From Bifidobacterium sp. (GTDB lineage Bacteria > Actinomycetota > Actinomycetes > Actinomycetales > Bifidobacteriaceae), in the NCBI RefSeq assembly GCF_051876855.1, contig NZ_JBJEIH010000024.1, forward strand, positions 11,924 through 75,923: a stretch of 64,000 nucleotides of DNA. Direction: 5' to 3'. Below are positions 9,958 to 20,118 of the stretch, piece after piece (within the stretch, counting starts at the first letter, position 1; each line of letters opens with the position of its first letter). The notes under the pieces are model-generated. The model had not been told where the DNA came from. It did no database searches and saw nothing but the letters and a program-made list of their open reading frames with translations. The translations under genes were made by a program, and so were the position numbers.

Positions 9958-10480
9958 GTATCTCCTGACATACGCGAACCGTCTGATTGGCTTGTTCGGC
10001 GGCTGATTTCCGAGGCATTTGCTGGATTGTGCGTGCCCCGACATACGCAACCCGGCAACTGCCGCGCGCCAGTGTTGGATCATCAGTTTTCTGGCAAGCT
10101 TTGTATGTCGGGGCATGCGCAACTTGGCAGATGCTGCGGGTTAGTGTCGAATCGTCAGCTATCTGTCGCGTTTTGTATGTGGCGGCATGCTTGATGCGGC
10201 GCTCATCCGCCGCGTTTCGCGTGCATGGCATGTCCGGCATGCATACTTTGGGACGCTTAGTATGTTGCGACATGCTTGACGTTGCGTTTGCTCAGTGCGC
10301 TTCATGCACCTGTCGCACCCGTCGGATCCGCCGTACCCGCCGAGCCCGTCGCGTCAGTGTCGGACCGTCGGTTATCTGTAGTGTTTTGTATGTCGGGGCA
10401 TGCGCAACTTGGCAGATGCCGCGGGTTAGTGTCGGACCGTCAGTTATCTGTCGCGTTTTGTATGTGGTGACATGCTTGAT
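9958..10480. repeat. Array B: ~72-bp periodic repeats with palindromic core GTATGTNNNNRCATRC
   Basis: Cores at 9958, 10031, 10103, 10175, 10260, 10388, 10460; block about 10100-10210 duplicated at about 10385-10495. Confidence 0.8.
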
Positions 10481-10607
10481 GTGGAGTTCATCCGTCGCGC
10501 GAACCCTGCCACGTGAATCCCAGCACAATCAAGCACAATCAAACGCAATCAAGGCGCAGCACAACACCGCCATCAAGCCCGATCAAGCCGCCCCGATCAA
10601 ACCCCAA

Positions 10608-11753
10608 TCAAGCGTCGACGCCGACCGCTTCGCTGACGTGCTCGAACCCGTCCCGCCGCAGCAGCTCGGCGAGCCCGCGCTTGAGTACAGTGATCTGCTG
10701 CGGTCCGCGATACATGAGCGAGGAGATGAACATGACCAGGCTGGAGCCCGCGCGAATCTTCTCGTACGCCTGCTTGGGGGTGAATACGCCGCCGATGCCT
10801 GCGATGGCGAACCGGTCGCCGTACTCGCGGTAGGCCTGCCGAATCATTGCGTTGCTCGCGCGGTAGGTCGGCCCGCCGCTTAGTCCGCCCTTCCACATCG
10901 CCGGGATCTCCATGCCGCTGCGGTCCTTTTGCAGGTTCGCGATGCTGACGCCCTGCACATTGTGTTCCGCCAGCACGTCAAGCAGCTCGCGGAATTCGGG
11001 CCATGTCTTGTTCAGTGGCATCTTGACGAGCACTGGCTGCGGGCGGTCGATCTTGTCCAACGCGCTGAACAACCGATCGAGGTTTTCCGGCTTGCCGAAC
11101 GGTTCGCCGACATAGGTGTTCGGGCAGGAGATGTTGATTTCGATCATCGCCGTGTGCCCGGCCGCCCGACGCATCGACGTGCAATAATCTTCGATGCCTT
11201 CGTCGATGTCTCCGCACAGTTTGTCGTTCGTCCGCGCGATGGACACGGACACCTGCATGCTTTTGGCCTTATCCCATGCGCGTTCTGCCCGCGGAATGAT
11301 CCGTTCGCTGCCGTCGTTGGCAAGCCCGACATGGACGATCATCGAATCGTATTCCGGCAGCCGGTGGAACCATGGCCGCGGATTGCCTGCGCACGGGCGT
11401 GCGGTGGTCGAGCCGACTGTTTCAAAACCGAATCCGGCGTTGTCAAGCAGCACCGGCATGTCGCAGTTCTTGTCGAGGCCGGCGGACAGACCGAAGGGGT
11501 TGTCGAAATGCACGCCCATCACATCGGTCTCGAGGATTGGGTCGGTGTAGTTGAGCATTTCGCGCAACAGCCACATAAGCGGCGGAATGTTGCGGGTAAC
11601 CCGGCAGAATTCAATCATCTGGTCGTGCGCCACGTCGGGCGTGTGGTTGAACACGAAGAACGGCTTGACGATGTGCTTGTAGCCGAAAGTGAAAAGGTCT
11701 GTGGTCGCCTTGTTGACGGCGTCGTGCAACGGCTGTTCGGAAACGTAACTCAT
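10608..11753 (-). CDS. pyrD: Dihydroorotate dehydrogenase (class 2-like)
   Basis: NPFGLSAGLDKN, GNPRP, EINISCPN, GGLSG, AGIGGV motifs. Confidence 0.92.
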   Translation of the reverse strand: MSYVSEQPLHDAVNKATTDLFTFGYKHIVKPFFVFNHTPDVAHDQMIEFCRVTRNIPPLMWLLREMLNYTDPILETDVMGVHFDNPFGLSAGLDKNCDMPVLLDNAGFGFETVGSTTARPCAGNPRPWFHRLPEYDSMIVHVGLANDGSERIIPRAERAWDKAKSMQVSVSIARTNDKLCGDIDEGIEDYCTSMRRAAGHTAMIEINISCPNTYVGEPFGKPENLDRLFSALDKIDRPQPVLVKMPLNKTWPEFRELLDVLAEHNVQGVSIANLQKDRSGMEIPAMWKGGLSGGPTYRASNAMIRQAYREYGDRFAIAGIGGVFTPKQAYEKIRAGSSLVMFISSLMYRGPQQITVLKRGLAELLRRDGFEHVSEAVGVDA

Positions 11754-11929
11754 ACCTCATATTGTGGCACTGTTGTCAGCGTGTTCGCAACAAACGCGGG
11801 TACTCTGAACACAGAGTCCAATTGGGACTGGTGGCATCAAACGGCTTGAGGCGGCACAGACGGCCTGAATATCGTTTGATGTGACATGAAATGATGGAAA
11901 ACAACGTGAAGCAGACTGAAAGGGGAGTC

Positions 11930-12703
11930 ATGACAGCATCTGCGAGCGGAACCAGCATGGCGGGGGGCAACGTGTGCGTGGTGATGCCGACATATAACGA
12001 GCGTGAGAACCTCCGCACGACCCTTGATGGCGTGTTCGCCTACAATCCGGGTGTCGACGTGTTGATTGTCGATGACGCCTCCCCGGACGGCACGGGTGAG
12101 CTCGCCGATTGGATGGCGCAGGACAACGGGCGCATTCATGTGCTGCATCGCGCTGGCAAAGGCGGCCTGGGGCCGGCGTATCTGGCCGGGTTCGCGTGGG
12201 CGCTGGATCGCGGGTATGCCGTGATATGCGAGATGGATATGGATGGATCGCACCGCCCGCAGGATCTGGCGCGCATGCTCAAGGTGATGCGCTGCGACCG
12301 TGGCGTGGATCTGGTGATCGGCTCGAGGCGTGTGCCGGGCGGGCGCACAGAAGGCTGGCCGTGGTATCGCGACTTGATTTCCAGGGGTGGATCATGGTAT
12401 GCGCGCAGGATGCTGGGGTTGGGTGTGCGCGATATGACCGCCGGGTTCCGCGCGTACCGGGCTGATTTGCTCAGGCGGATGGATTTGCGGTCCGTTGAGG
12501 CGAACGGCTATGTCTTCCAAATTGATATGACTAGGCGCGCTGCGGCGGTCGGCGGCAGGATTCTCGAGGTGCCGATTGTCTTCCCTGAGCGTCGCCGTGG
12601 TGTGTCGAAGATGGATTCGGCGATTGTCGTTGAGGCGATGCGGAATGTCACCTTGTGGGGGATTGCGCGGATACGTTTTGCCCATGGCCGTCGTGCCGAT
12701 TAG
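11930..12703 (+). CDS. Polyprenol-monophosphomannose synthase (GT2, Ppm1/DPM1-like)
   Basis: VVMPTYNERENL, IVDDASPDGTG, KGGLGPAY, EMDMDGSH, GYVFQID; GAAAGGGG RBS before 11930. Confidence 0.9.
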   Translation: MTASASGTSMAGGNVCVVMPTYNERENLRTTLDGVFAYNPGVDVLIVDDASPDGTGELADWMAQDNGRIHVLHRAGKGGLGPAYLAGFAWALDRGYAVICEMDMDGSHRPQDLARMLKVMRCDRGVDLVIGSRRVPGGRTEGWPWYRDLISRGGSWYARRMLGLGVRDMTAGFRAYRADLLRRMDLRSVEANGYVFQIDMTRRAAAVGGRILEVPIVFPERRRGVSKMDSAIVVEAMRNVTLWGIARIRFAHGRRAD

Positions 12704-12806
12704 CGGATCGACTGGCGGGGTGCCGGGTAACGCGCGGTAGAGAGCATTCAGCCTGTGATACGCAGCAGAAGATAGCCAGCAGACGGTATCCGACAGACGA
12801 CACCCA

Positions 12807-12862
12807 GCGGGTGACGCGCAACAGGCGACGCGCAGCGGGCGACGCGCAGCGGGCGACACGCC
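12807..12862. repeat. 14-bp tandem repeat (GCGGGCGACGCGCA), about 4 copies
   Basis: gcgggtgacgcgca acaggcgacgcgca gcgggcgacgcgca gcgggcgacacgcc. Confidence 0.8.
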
Positions 12863-13013
12863 GATAGCCATAACAAGGATGCGTTCGTTTTTGTTCGTCT
12901 TGCTTATGGAAAGTGCGGAAAACTTAGCGTTTTTGTGAGTTTTATCAGCGTTGTCGAGCGTTATCCGCTCAAGCCTGTCACTTGTGTGCGCAATTGTGTG
13001 CGATAATGTTCAT

Positions 13014-14006
13014 ATGATTTCGTCACAACGTCAGCATCTGATTCTCAGCAGATTGCGCACCCGCGGTGCGGTGCGCATCACCGCGCTGTCCAAAGAGCTC
13101 GGCGTGTCAGCCATGACCGTGCGTCGGGACATTGCCGAACTCGCCGACAAGGGCCTGCTCAAACGCGTCCACGGCGGCGCAGTGACCACCAGCACCCTGC
13201 TGAGCGAGCCACTGTTCTCCGTCAAATCGCAGATGGACATCGGCCTCAAGGATGCCATCGCGCAGGAGGCAGTCAACTACGTCTCCCCGGGCGACGTCAT
13301 CGCCATCGGCGGCGGCACAACCGCCTACGTGTTCGCCCAGCATCTGCTTGAATCCCAGCAATCCAGCGGCGTCACCATCCTCACCAACTCAATTCCCGTC
13401 GCTGAACTCGTCCAGGCGCTCGAATCCAAGGATGTCGAGGTGATTGTCACCGGTGGCGTCATCACCCGTTCCAACTCTCTGGTCGGGCCGATTGCGGACA
13501 AGGTCGTGCAATCCTTGCGCGTGAACACCGTGTTCCTCGGCACGCATTCGGTGTCCATCCCGCGCGGATTCCTCATGCCGAACTCATTGGAAGCGGCCAC
13601 CGATATGGCGATGATGGATATCGCCGACCGGACGATCATTCTCACCGACCACACAAAATGGAGCAGCACCTCGCTGTCCCTGTTCGCCAACTTCGACCAA
13701 GTCGACACCGTGATCACCGATGATGGGCTCGACCCTGATTCCGTCGCCAAAACACGCGAACTGGTCAAGGAACTCGTGCTCGCCAAGCAGGGCGAGTCGG
13801 ATGAATCGGTTCGTTCGCCCCGCCGGATTCACCCGAACGAGAACGGCGTGGTCGCCGAACACGTCGGGGCGCATGCGGCCGCGGGAAGCCCGGGGTATCC
13901 CGATCCCGTCGCTGACGAGTATGACCTTCCGGCGGACCGTGCCCCTCGCGGCAGGGAGACGAAGGGCAGCCGGACGGCGGGGGCGCCGAAGCCGGCCGGC
14001 AAGTAA
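13014..14006 (+). CDS. DeoR/GlpR-family regulator of the gal genes
   Basis: HTH LGVSAMTVRRDI...RVHGGA, IGGGTT, ILTNS; upstream of galT-galK. TGCGATAAT lies 6 nt before the ATG, suggesting a leaderless mRNA. Confidence 0.9.
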   Translation: MISSQRQHLILSRLRTRGAVRITALSKELGVSAMTVRRDIAELADKGLLKRVHGGAVTTSTLLSEPLFSVKSQMDIGLKDAIAQEAVNYVSPGDVIAIGGGTTAYVFAQHLLESQQSSGVTILTNSIPVAELVQALESKDVEVIVTGGVITRSNSLVGPIADKVVQSLRVNTVFLGTHSVSIPRGFLMPNSLEAATDMAMMDIADRTIILTDHTKWSSTSLSLFANFDQVDTVITDDGLDPDSVAKTRELVKELVLAKQGESDESVRSPRRIHPNENGVVAEHVGAHAAAGSPGYPDPVADEYDLPADRAPRGRETKGSRTAGAPKPAGK

Positions 14007-14161
14007 CAGACAACCACAACCAGACCCGGCGGCGGGCAGTGCAGCCCGTCGCCGTGGCAGGGGCGCAATGCGGCGTATTCAGCGTTTTGCGACGCATACC
14101 AACGGCTCTGCCGCGAAAGAAACAGACAACACAAGCTCAACCGTCCAACAAAGGAGACGAC

Positions 14162-15445
14162 ATGACCACCCAATCATCTCAATCGGCTCAGCAGACGCCA
14201 GCATGGCAGTACTACCAGCCCGGCGCATACGCGAGCGCCAATATCCGCATCACGCCGACCACCCTCGCCGACGGGCGCGACTTCTTCTATCTCGACGACG
14301 ACCCCGAGTACGTCAGCGGCAAGAAGACCCGCGAACTGCATGATCCTCGCCATCTCGCCTACCGTTTCGCGCCTCATCTGGACGCCGACGGCAACGAGGT
14401 GCCGTACGCCGCACCGCAGATGCGCCGCGACCCGCTGACCGGCGACTGGATCCCCATGGCCACTGCGCGCATGAATCGGCCGATCACCGCCGGTCCGGGG
14501 GCAACCGCGAAGGGCAACCCGCTCGCCGCACGCAAGCCGGGTGACCCGTATCAGGACGGCGAAGTGCCGGATACCGATTACAACGTTGTCATTTTCGAAA
14601 ACCGTTTCCCCTCGATGGTGCGCGTGCCCGGCGTGCCTGACACGGTGACGAATGTCGACGGCAACCCGCTGTGGCAGCAGAAAATGGCCGGTGGCAGGTG
14701 CGAGGTCATCTGCTTCGACCCCAACGAGCATGGTCTGCCCGCTGATTTGCCGGTGCGCCGCTTGCGCACGGTTGTCGAGGCATGGGCTTTCCGCACCGCC
14801 GAGATCTCTCATATCGACGGTATTGAGCAGATTTTCCCGTTTGAGAACCACGGTCAGGAAATCGGTGTCTCGCTCGCTCACCCGCACGGCCAGGTCTACT
14901 GCTATCCGTTCATCGCACCGAAGCTGGAAACCGAACTGCGGCACACCGAGGCATACCACGAGCGTACCGGCGGCAACCTGCTGTGTGACCTGATGAACGC
15001 CGAAATCGAGGCGGGGGAGCGGATCGTCATGCGCAATCACAGCTGGGTCGCTTACGTGCCGGCGGCGGCGCGCTGGCCGTTGGAAGTGCATGTCGCCCCT
15101 GTGCGCGACGTGCTCACCATCGACGAGCTTGATGACCAGGAGCGTTGGGATTTGGCGCAGATGTACTCCACGTTGCTCAAGCGTGGCAACGCCTTCTTCG
15201 ATAAGGGCGACGGCAAGGGCATGGATCTGCCGTACATCGCCGCGTGGCATCAGGCGCCGATTCATGACGCCCGCCGCGCGAACTACCGGCTCAACCTCCA
15301 GTTCTTCTCCTTCCGCAGGGCGGCGAACAAGATCAAGTATCTGGCGGGTTCCGAATCAGGTATGGCTGCATGGGTGTCCGACACGACGCCGGAACTCATC
15401 GCCAAGCGGTTCCATGAGCTCGGGCCGATTGACATCGACGACTGA
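14162..15445 (+). CDS. galT: Galactose-1-phosphate uridylyltransferase
   Basis: FENHGQEIGVSLAHPHGQ (HPH catalytic motif), RRDPLTGDW; AAGGAGA RBS. Confidence 0.95.
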   Translation: MTTQSSQSAQQTPAWQYYQPGAYASANIRITPTTLADGRDFFYLDDDPEYVSGKKTRELHDPRHLAYRFAPHLDADGNEVPYAAPQMRRDPLTGDWIPMATARMNRPITAGPGATAKGNPLAARKPGDPYQDGEVPDTDYNVVIFENRFPSMVRVPGVPDTVTNVDGNPLWQQKMAGGRCEVICFDPNEHGLPADLPVRRLRTVVEAWAFRTAEISHIDGIEQIFPFENHGQEIGVSLAHPHGQVYCYPFIAPKLETELRHTEAYHERTGGNLLCDLMNAEIEAGERIVMRNHSWVAYVPAAARWPLEVHVAPVRDVLTIDELDDQERWDLAQMYSTLLKRGNAFFDKGDGKGMDLPYIAAWHQAPIHDARRANYRLNLQFFSFRRAANKIKYLAGSESGMAAWVSDTTPELIAKRFHELGPIDIDD

Positions 15446-15551
15446 ACGCGCGGCGGTCCGGGCGTCGGCGTGCGGAACGTCGGCAGGCCGGGCCGCAGGC
15501 GGCCTGCAGCAAAGCGGCACATCAGCAGAACATCATTCGAAAGGAATAATC

Positions 15552-16841
15552 ATGACAACACCAGACCAGCAGCATGCAACGAAGGATGCCGCCGGAAGCA
15601 TCCCGTTCATCGACGCGATGAGCGACGCGGAAGGCGCCGCCGCAGCCCGAAAGCTGTTCGAACAAGCCTACGGTGAGGCGCCGGCAGGTGTGTGGGCGGC
15701 TCCGGGGCGTGTGAACCTCATCGGCGAGCACACCGATTACAACGCAGGCCTGTGCCTGCCGATCGCGCTGCCGCACCGCACGTATATCGCGCTGAAGCCG
15801 CGCGAAGACACGCGAGTGCGTGTGGTTTCAGACGTTAGCCCCGACAAGGTCGCACAAGCCAATCTGGACGGGCTCGCAGCAGGAGGCGTCGACGGGTGGG
15901 CGGCCTACCCGGTCGGTGTCGCGTGGGCGCTGCGTAAAGCAGGATTTGGACAGGTCAAGGGCTTTGACGCGGCCTTCGCCTCATGCGTGCCGCTCGGCTC
16001 CGGGCTGAGCTCCTCCGCCGCGATGACCTGCTCGACCGCCCTCGCCCTGGACGACGTGTACGGGCTCGGCTTCGGTTCAAGCGATGCGGGACGCATCACC
16101 CTGATCAACGCTGCCATTGCCGCGGAAAACGATATGGCGGGCGCTTCCACGGGCGGGCTCGACCAGAACGCCTCCATGCGATGCACGCCGGGGCACGCCC
16201 TGCTGCTGGACTGCCGGCCTGGCCTGAGCGCCCTCGAAAGCGTGTCCCAGCAGGCATTCGACCTCGACAAGTATGGGCTTGAACTGCTGGTCGTGGACAC
16301 GCGGGCCCCGCATCAGCTCAACGACGGGCAATACGCCCAGCGCCGCGCCACCTGCGAACAGGCGGCTGCCGGGCTCGGGGTGGAGAACCTGCGGGTGATT
16401 GCCGACCGGGTCAACGCCGCCGACGACCCCGAGGCCGCGCTTGCGGACGTTCTCGGCAAGCTCGATGATGACGTGGAGCGTCGGCGTGTACGTCACGTCA
16501 TCACCGAAATCGGTCGTGTCGGACAGTTCGTCGATGCGTTCGCAGCTGGGGATATCAAGCGTGCCGGCGAACTGTTCAACGCCTCCCACAATTCCCTGCG
16601 CGACGACTACCAAGTCACGGTGCCGGAGCTCGATGTCGCCGTGGACACCGCGCGGACCAACGGCGCGTACGGCGCCCGCATGACCGGCGGCGGCTTCGGC
16701 GGCTCCATCATCGCGCTGGTAGACAAGGGACGCAGCCGTGAGGTCGCGCAAAAGATCGCTGACGCGTTTGCAGTGCATGGATTCCACCAGCCTCGGGCGC
16801 TCGCCGCGGTCGCATCCGCTTCGGCGCACCGCGTCGACTGA
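15552..16841 (+). CDS. galK: Galactokinase
   Basis: APGRVNLIGEHTDYN, PLGSGLSSSAA, GARMTGGGFGG; AAAGGA RBS. Confidence 0.96.
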   Translation: MTTPDQQHATKDAAGSIPFIDAMSDAEGAAAARKLFEQAYGEAPAGVWAAPGRVNLIGEHTDYNAGLCLPIALPHRTYIALKPREDTRVRVVSDVSPDKVAQANLDGLAAGGVDGWAAYPVGVAWALRKAGFGQVKGFDAAFASCVPLGSGLSSSAAMTCSTALALDDVYGLGFGSSDAGRITLINAAIAAENDMAGASTGGLDQNASMRCTPGHALLLDCRPGLSALESVSQQAFDLDKYGLELLVVDTRAPHQLNDGQYAQRRATCEQAAAGLGVENLRVIADRVNAADDPEAALADVLGKLDDDVERRRVRHVITEIGRVGQFVDAFAAGDIKRAGELFNASHNSLRDDYQVTVPELDVAVDTARTNGAYGARMTGGGFGGSIIALVDKGRSREVAQKIADAFAVHGFHQPRALAAVASASAHRVD

Positions 16842-16883
16842 TACAAATCGACTGACACGGGGAACGTCAGCAACGCCTAGATG

Positions 16884-16927
16884 CCCGGAACGGACCGTCG
16901 GCAACAATGCCGAGTTCGTTTCGGGCG
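16884..16927 (+). terminator. Hairpin after galK
   Basis: gcccggaacgga...tcggca acaa tgccga...ttcgtttcgggc followed by T-rich sequence. Confidence 0.5.
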
Positions 16928-17145
16928 TCTGTTATTTCGGGTGTTTGTTGTTTCGATTGCCTGTTGTGTCGCGTGTCCCCGCTTCAGGCGTCGTTGACTT
17001 GGCGTCCGTTATTCTCACAGCGAGTCGGTGCCCTTCAGCCCTAGGCAAATCGTCCCGAAACGGACATTCCCGGCCCGATGACGTGTGCATTCCCTATACT
17101 TGAATCCATCTGGATACCATCGCACCGATTTTCCAAGGGAGATCC

Positions 17146-17418
17146 ATGAACAAGGCAATCATCACCGTCGTAGGCCAGGACACCGTCGGCATTATCGCCC
17201 GCGTCTGCACGTACCTTTCCGGTCACCATGTCAACGTCCTCGACATTTCGCAGACCATCATCGACGGGTTCTTCAACATGATGATGATCGTCGATTACAG
17301 CAACGCCGACAACGAATTCGGCACCATGGTCAACGACCTCGACAAGCTCGGCGAGGAAATCGGCGTGCGCATCCGCTGCCAGCGCGAAGAGATCTTCACC
17401 AAGATGCATCGCGTCTGA
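17146..17418 (+). CDS. ACT-domain protein (UPF0237)
   Basis: [18 protein letters not shown]...[12 protein letters not shown]; typical partner of UPF0210. Confidence 0.9.
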   Translation: MNKAIITVVGQDTVGIIARVCTYLSGHHVNVLDISQTIIDGFFNMMMIVDYSNADNEFGTMVNDLDKLGEEIGVRIRCQREEIFTKMHRV

Positions 17419-17485
17419 GTCCAGTTATCACGCGGATCGACGCGCAAGAACGCAACCGAACGAATCGAAAAGGACAGACACGACC

Positions 17486-18850
17486 ATGCTGAATATCATG
17501 GAGGTCCACGAGACCAACAAGATGATCGAGCAGGAGAAGCTCGACGTGCGCACCATCACCATGGGCATCAGCCTGCTTGACTGCGCGGCCGACACCGTGG
17601 ACGAGGTGTGTGACAACATCTACCGCAAGATCACCACGTACGCCAAGGACCTGGTTTCCACAGGCGAGGCCATCGAGCGCGATTACGGCATTCCGATTGT
17701 CAACAAGCGCATCACCGTCACGCCGATTTCGCTGGTCGGAGCCAGTGCTTGCAAGAGCTCCGAGGATTTTGTGCGCATCGCCCATGCGCTTGACAAAGCC
17801 GCGAAAACTGTCGGCGTTGACTTGATTGGCGGATACTCCGCACTTGTTTCCAAATCCATGACGCCCGCCGAGGAGATGCTCATCCGTTCCCTGCCGCAGG
17901 CACTGAGCGAAACCGACATCGTGTGCTCGTCGGTGAACGTCGGCTCCACCAAGACCGGCATTGATATGAACGCGGTCTACCTGCTCGGTCACATCGTCAA
18001 GGATGTCGCCTACGCCACCCGCGAGACCGACAGTGACGGCTGCACCAAGCTTGTGGTGTTCTGCAACGCGCCGGATGACAACCCGTTCATGGCGGGCGGC
18101 TTCCATGGTGTCACCGAAGGCGACGCGGTCATCAATGTCGGTGTTTCGGGCCCGGGTGTGGTCTCCCGCGCGCTTGACGAGGCCAAGGGTAAGGATTTCG
18201 AATTCCTGTGCGAGACCATCAAGCGTACCGCGTTCAAGATCACGCGTGTCGGCCAGCTGGTCGCCCAGGAGGCGTCGCGCCGACTCGGCATCCCGTTCGG
18301 CATCATCGATCTGTCGCTCGCCCCGACCGCCGCAGCCGGCGACTCCGTCGGCGAAGTGCTGGAGAAGTGCGGCCTCGAACAGGTCGGAGCTCCAGGCACG
18401 ACGGCGGCGCTCGCGATGCTCAACGACCAGGTCAAGAAGGGCGGCATCATGGCGTCCTCGTATGTCGGCGGTCTGTCCGGCGCGTTCATTCCGGTGTCCG
18501 AGGACAAGAACATGATCGACGCGGCGGCATCCGGCTGCCTGCGTATCGAAAAGCTTGAGGCGATGACCTGCGTATGCTCGGTCGGCCTTGACATGATTGC
18601 GATTCCGGGCGATACCACGCCGTCCACCATCTCCGGCCTGATCGCCGACGAGGCGGCCATCGGTATGGTCAACCAGAAGACAACCGCCGTGCGCGTGATT
18701 CCGGTCATCGGCAAGGGTGTCGGCGAATCTGCGGAATTCGGCGGTCTTATGGGCTACGCGCCGATCATGCCGGTCAACACCGCCAGCTGCGAGGCCTTCG
18801 TGACCCGTGGCGGCCGCATTCCGGCACCGATCCACTCCTTCAAGAACTAG
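17486..18850 (+). CDS. UPF0210 / DUF711 PFL-like protein
   Basis: [45 protein letters not shown]. Confidence 0.92.
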   Translation: MLNIMEVHETNKMIEQEKLDVRTITMGISLLDCAADTVDEVCDNIYRKITTYAKDLVSTGEAIERDYGIPIVNKRITVTPISLVGASACKSSEDFVRIAHALDKAAKTVGVDLIGGYSALVSKSMTPAEEMLIRSLPQALSETDIVCSSVNVGSTKTGIDMNAVYLLGHIVKDVAYATRETDSDGCTKLVVFCNAPDDNPFMAGGFHGVTEGDAVINVGVSGPGVVSRALDEAKGKDFEFLCETIKRTAFKITRVGQLVAQEASRRLGIPFGIIDLSLAPTAAAGDSVGEVLEKCGLEQVGAPGTTAALAMLNDQVKKGGIMASSYVGGLSGAFIPVSEDKNMIDAAASGCLRIEKLEAMTCVCSVGLDMIAIPGDTTPSTISGLIADEAAIGMVNQKTTAVRVIPVIGKGVGESAEFGGLMGYAPIMPVNTASCEAFVTRGGRIPAPIHSFKN

Positions 18851-18878
18851 CGCATCTTCACGCTTGAGTGCATTGCTT

Positions 18879-18900
18879 CGGCCCCTCCGCGGAGGGGCCG
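18879..18900 (+). terminator. Rho-independent terminator-like hairpin
   Basis: cggcccctcc gc ggaggggccg followed by ttgtgttt. Confidence 0.7.
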
Positions 18901-19079
18901 TTGTGTTTGCGCATGGATGTGAGATGCGAGCTTGGTAGGGGAGTGCGGATTCACAGGAAACTCGCAGAAAAACATGGTGGTTCCTGAAGGTTAGGGAGGT
19001 TAACTATGTCTCAGCTGCAAAAAGCCTCGAACCGCAAGGTTCCCGATAATTGAATCCCCTTCTTCTCTCTTCTCTCTCT

Positions 19080-19110
19080 AAAGCCCGGAGGCGTTCGCCT
19101 CCGGGCTTTT
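19080..19110. terminator. Probable bidirectional terminator ending the minus-strand immunity genes
   Basis: aaagcccggaggcg ttc gcctccgggctttt. Confidence 0.8.
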
Positions 19111-19143
19111 CTGTTGATTGCATATTTTCTTAATGCAGCTGGT

Positions 19144-20118
19144 TTATTCGTCTGTTTCCGTTTCGGGTTTGCCTGGTCGGATGGTCGCGGCTCGCGCGAC
19201 CCGCAGGAGCTCGCCCTCCCAGCGTTCCACGGCCCTGGCCCTTCGCCCGGGCCGGGCCGCGTCCAGGCACAGCATCACGGCCAGGCCGCCCGACCGGGGC
19301 GCGAGCAGCGCGACCGTCAGGCACGAGCCGTTTCGCGCCTCCCAGCGGCGCGTGAACGGGCCCTCCGCGCACGGCTCGCGCGAGACCGAGCGCGCGGGCC
19401 CGTTCTCCTCCTCCCAGCGTTCCAGCCACTCGTCCCACGCCTCCCCGCCGTCCGGCCCCTCGTCCCATTCGGCCTCGGCCAGGTACAGGGACGCCACGGG
19501 ATCCCCGTCCCGGCCGGTGTGTTCGAAGGCGAGCAGCACCTCGCCCGCGGCCGACGTGCGCTCCACGAACCCCTCCCCCGGCCCGGGCAGCAGCACCTCG
19601 CCCCCGTCGCACAGTGCGGCGCTCCGCGCAACCGGCTCGCGTCCCCCGGCCCGCCGGCCGTGCGTCCTCTTCCACTCGTCGACCGCCCCGTACGCGTCCA
19701 TCACCGCATCCCCAAGCTCCTCGGCGGACGCGCCGGCAGGCACGGTGCCCTTCCACACCTCGTCGCCCACCAGATCACTGGTACGCGGCGGATATGCGCA
19801 CACCCAGTAGTACCTATCCTCGTAGTAGGTGACGTCCACGAAATCGTTGTTCCGGGCGAACGCCCTCCATGTCTTGTATCTGGTGTCGTGCCGCCAGCAG
19901 TTCTCCTGCTCCTCGAGGTTCAGTTCGAGCGGTCCCGTGCACTCGATGAACGCGAACGCGTCCAGCAATGCCCCGCCCACGTCCTCGGCCGTCACGTCGG
20001 GGCCCTTCAGACTCGCAAAGAACCGATCCGTTAATCGATCAACGCCCCAACACTCCACATAAGGTAGAAGCAGGAGCCTATTCCCCTCCCGGTTCACCGA
20101 TACCGTCATCACACCCAT
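19144..20118 (-). CDS. Orphan immunity paralog 2 (CdiI/DUF1436-like domain plus C-terminal domain)
   Basis: MGVMTVSVNREG... is collinear over its full length with 24810-25775 (RYKTWRAFARNN, PAGASAEELG, identical-looking C-domain); GGAAAGGAAG RBS. Confidence 0.8.
   Translation of the reverse strand: MGVMTVSVNREGNRLLLLPYVECWGVDRLTDRFFASLKGPDVTAEDVGGALLDAFAFIECTGPLELNLEEQENCWRHDTRYKTWRAFARNNDFVDVTYYEDRYYWVCAYPPRTSDLVGDEVWKGTVPAGASAEELGDAVMDAYGAVDEWKRTHGRRAGGREPVARSAALCDGGEVLLPGPGEGFVERTSAAGEVLLAFEHTGRDGDPVASLYLAEAEWDEGPDGGEAWDEWLERWEEENGPARSVSREPCAEGPFTRRWEARNGSCLTVALLAPRSGGLAVMLCLDAARPGRRARAVERWEGELLRVARAATIRPGKPETETDE

Noticed and set aside
10520-10612. Degenerate AATCAAGC micro-repeats after pyrD
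   Set aside because: Simple low-complexity slippage; no further structure seen
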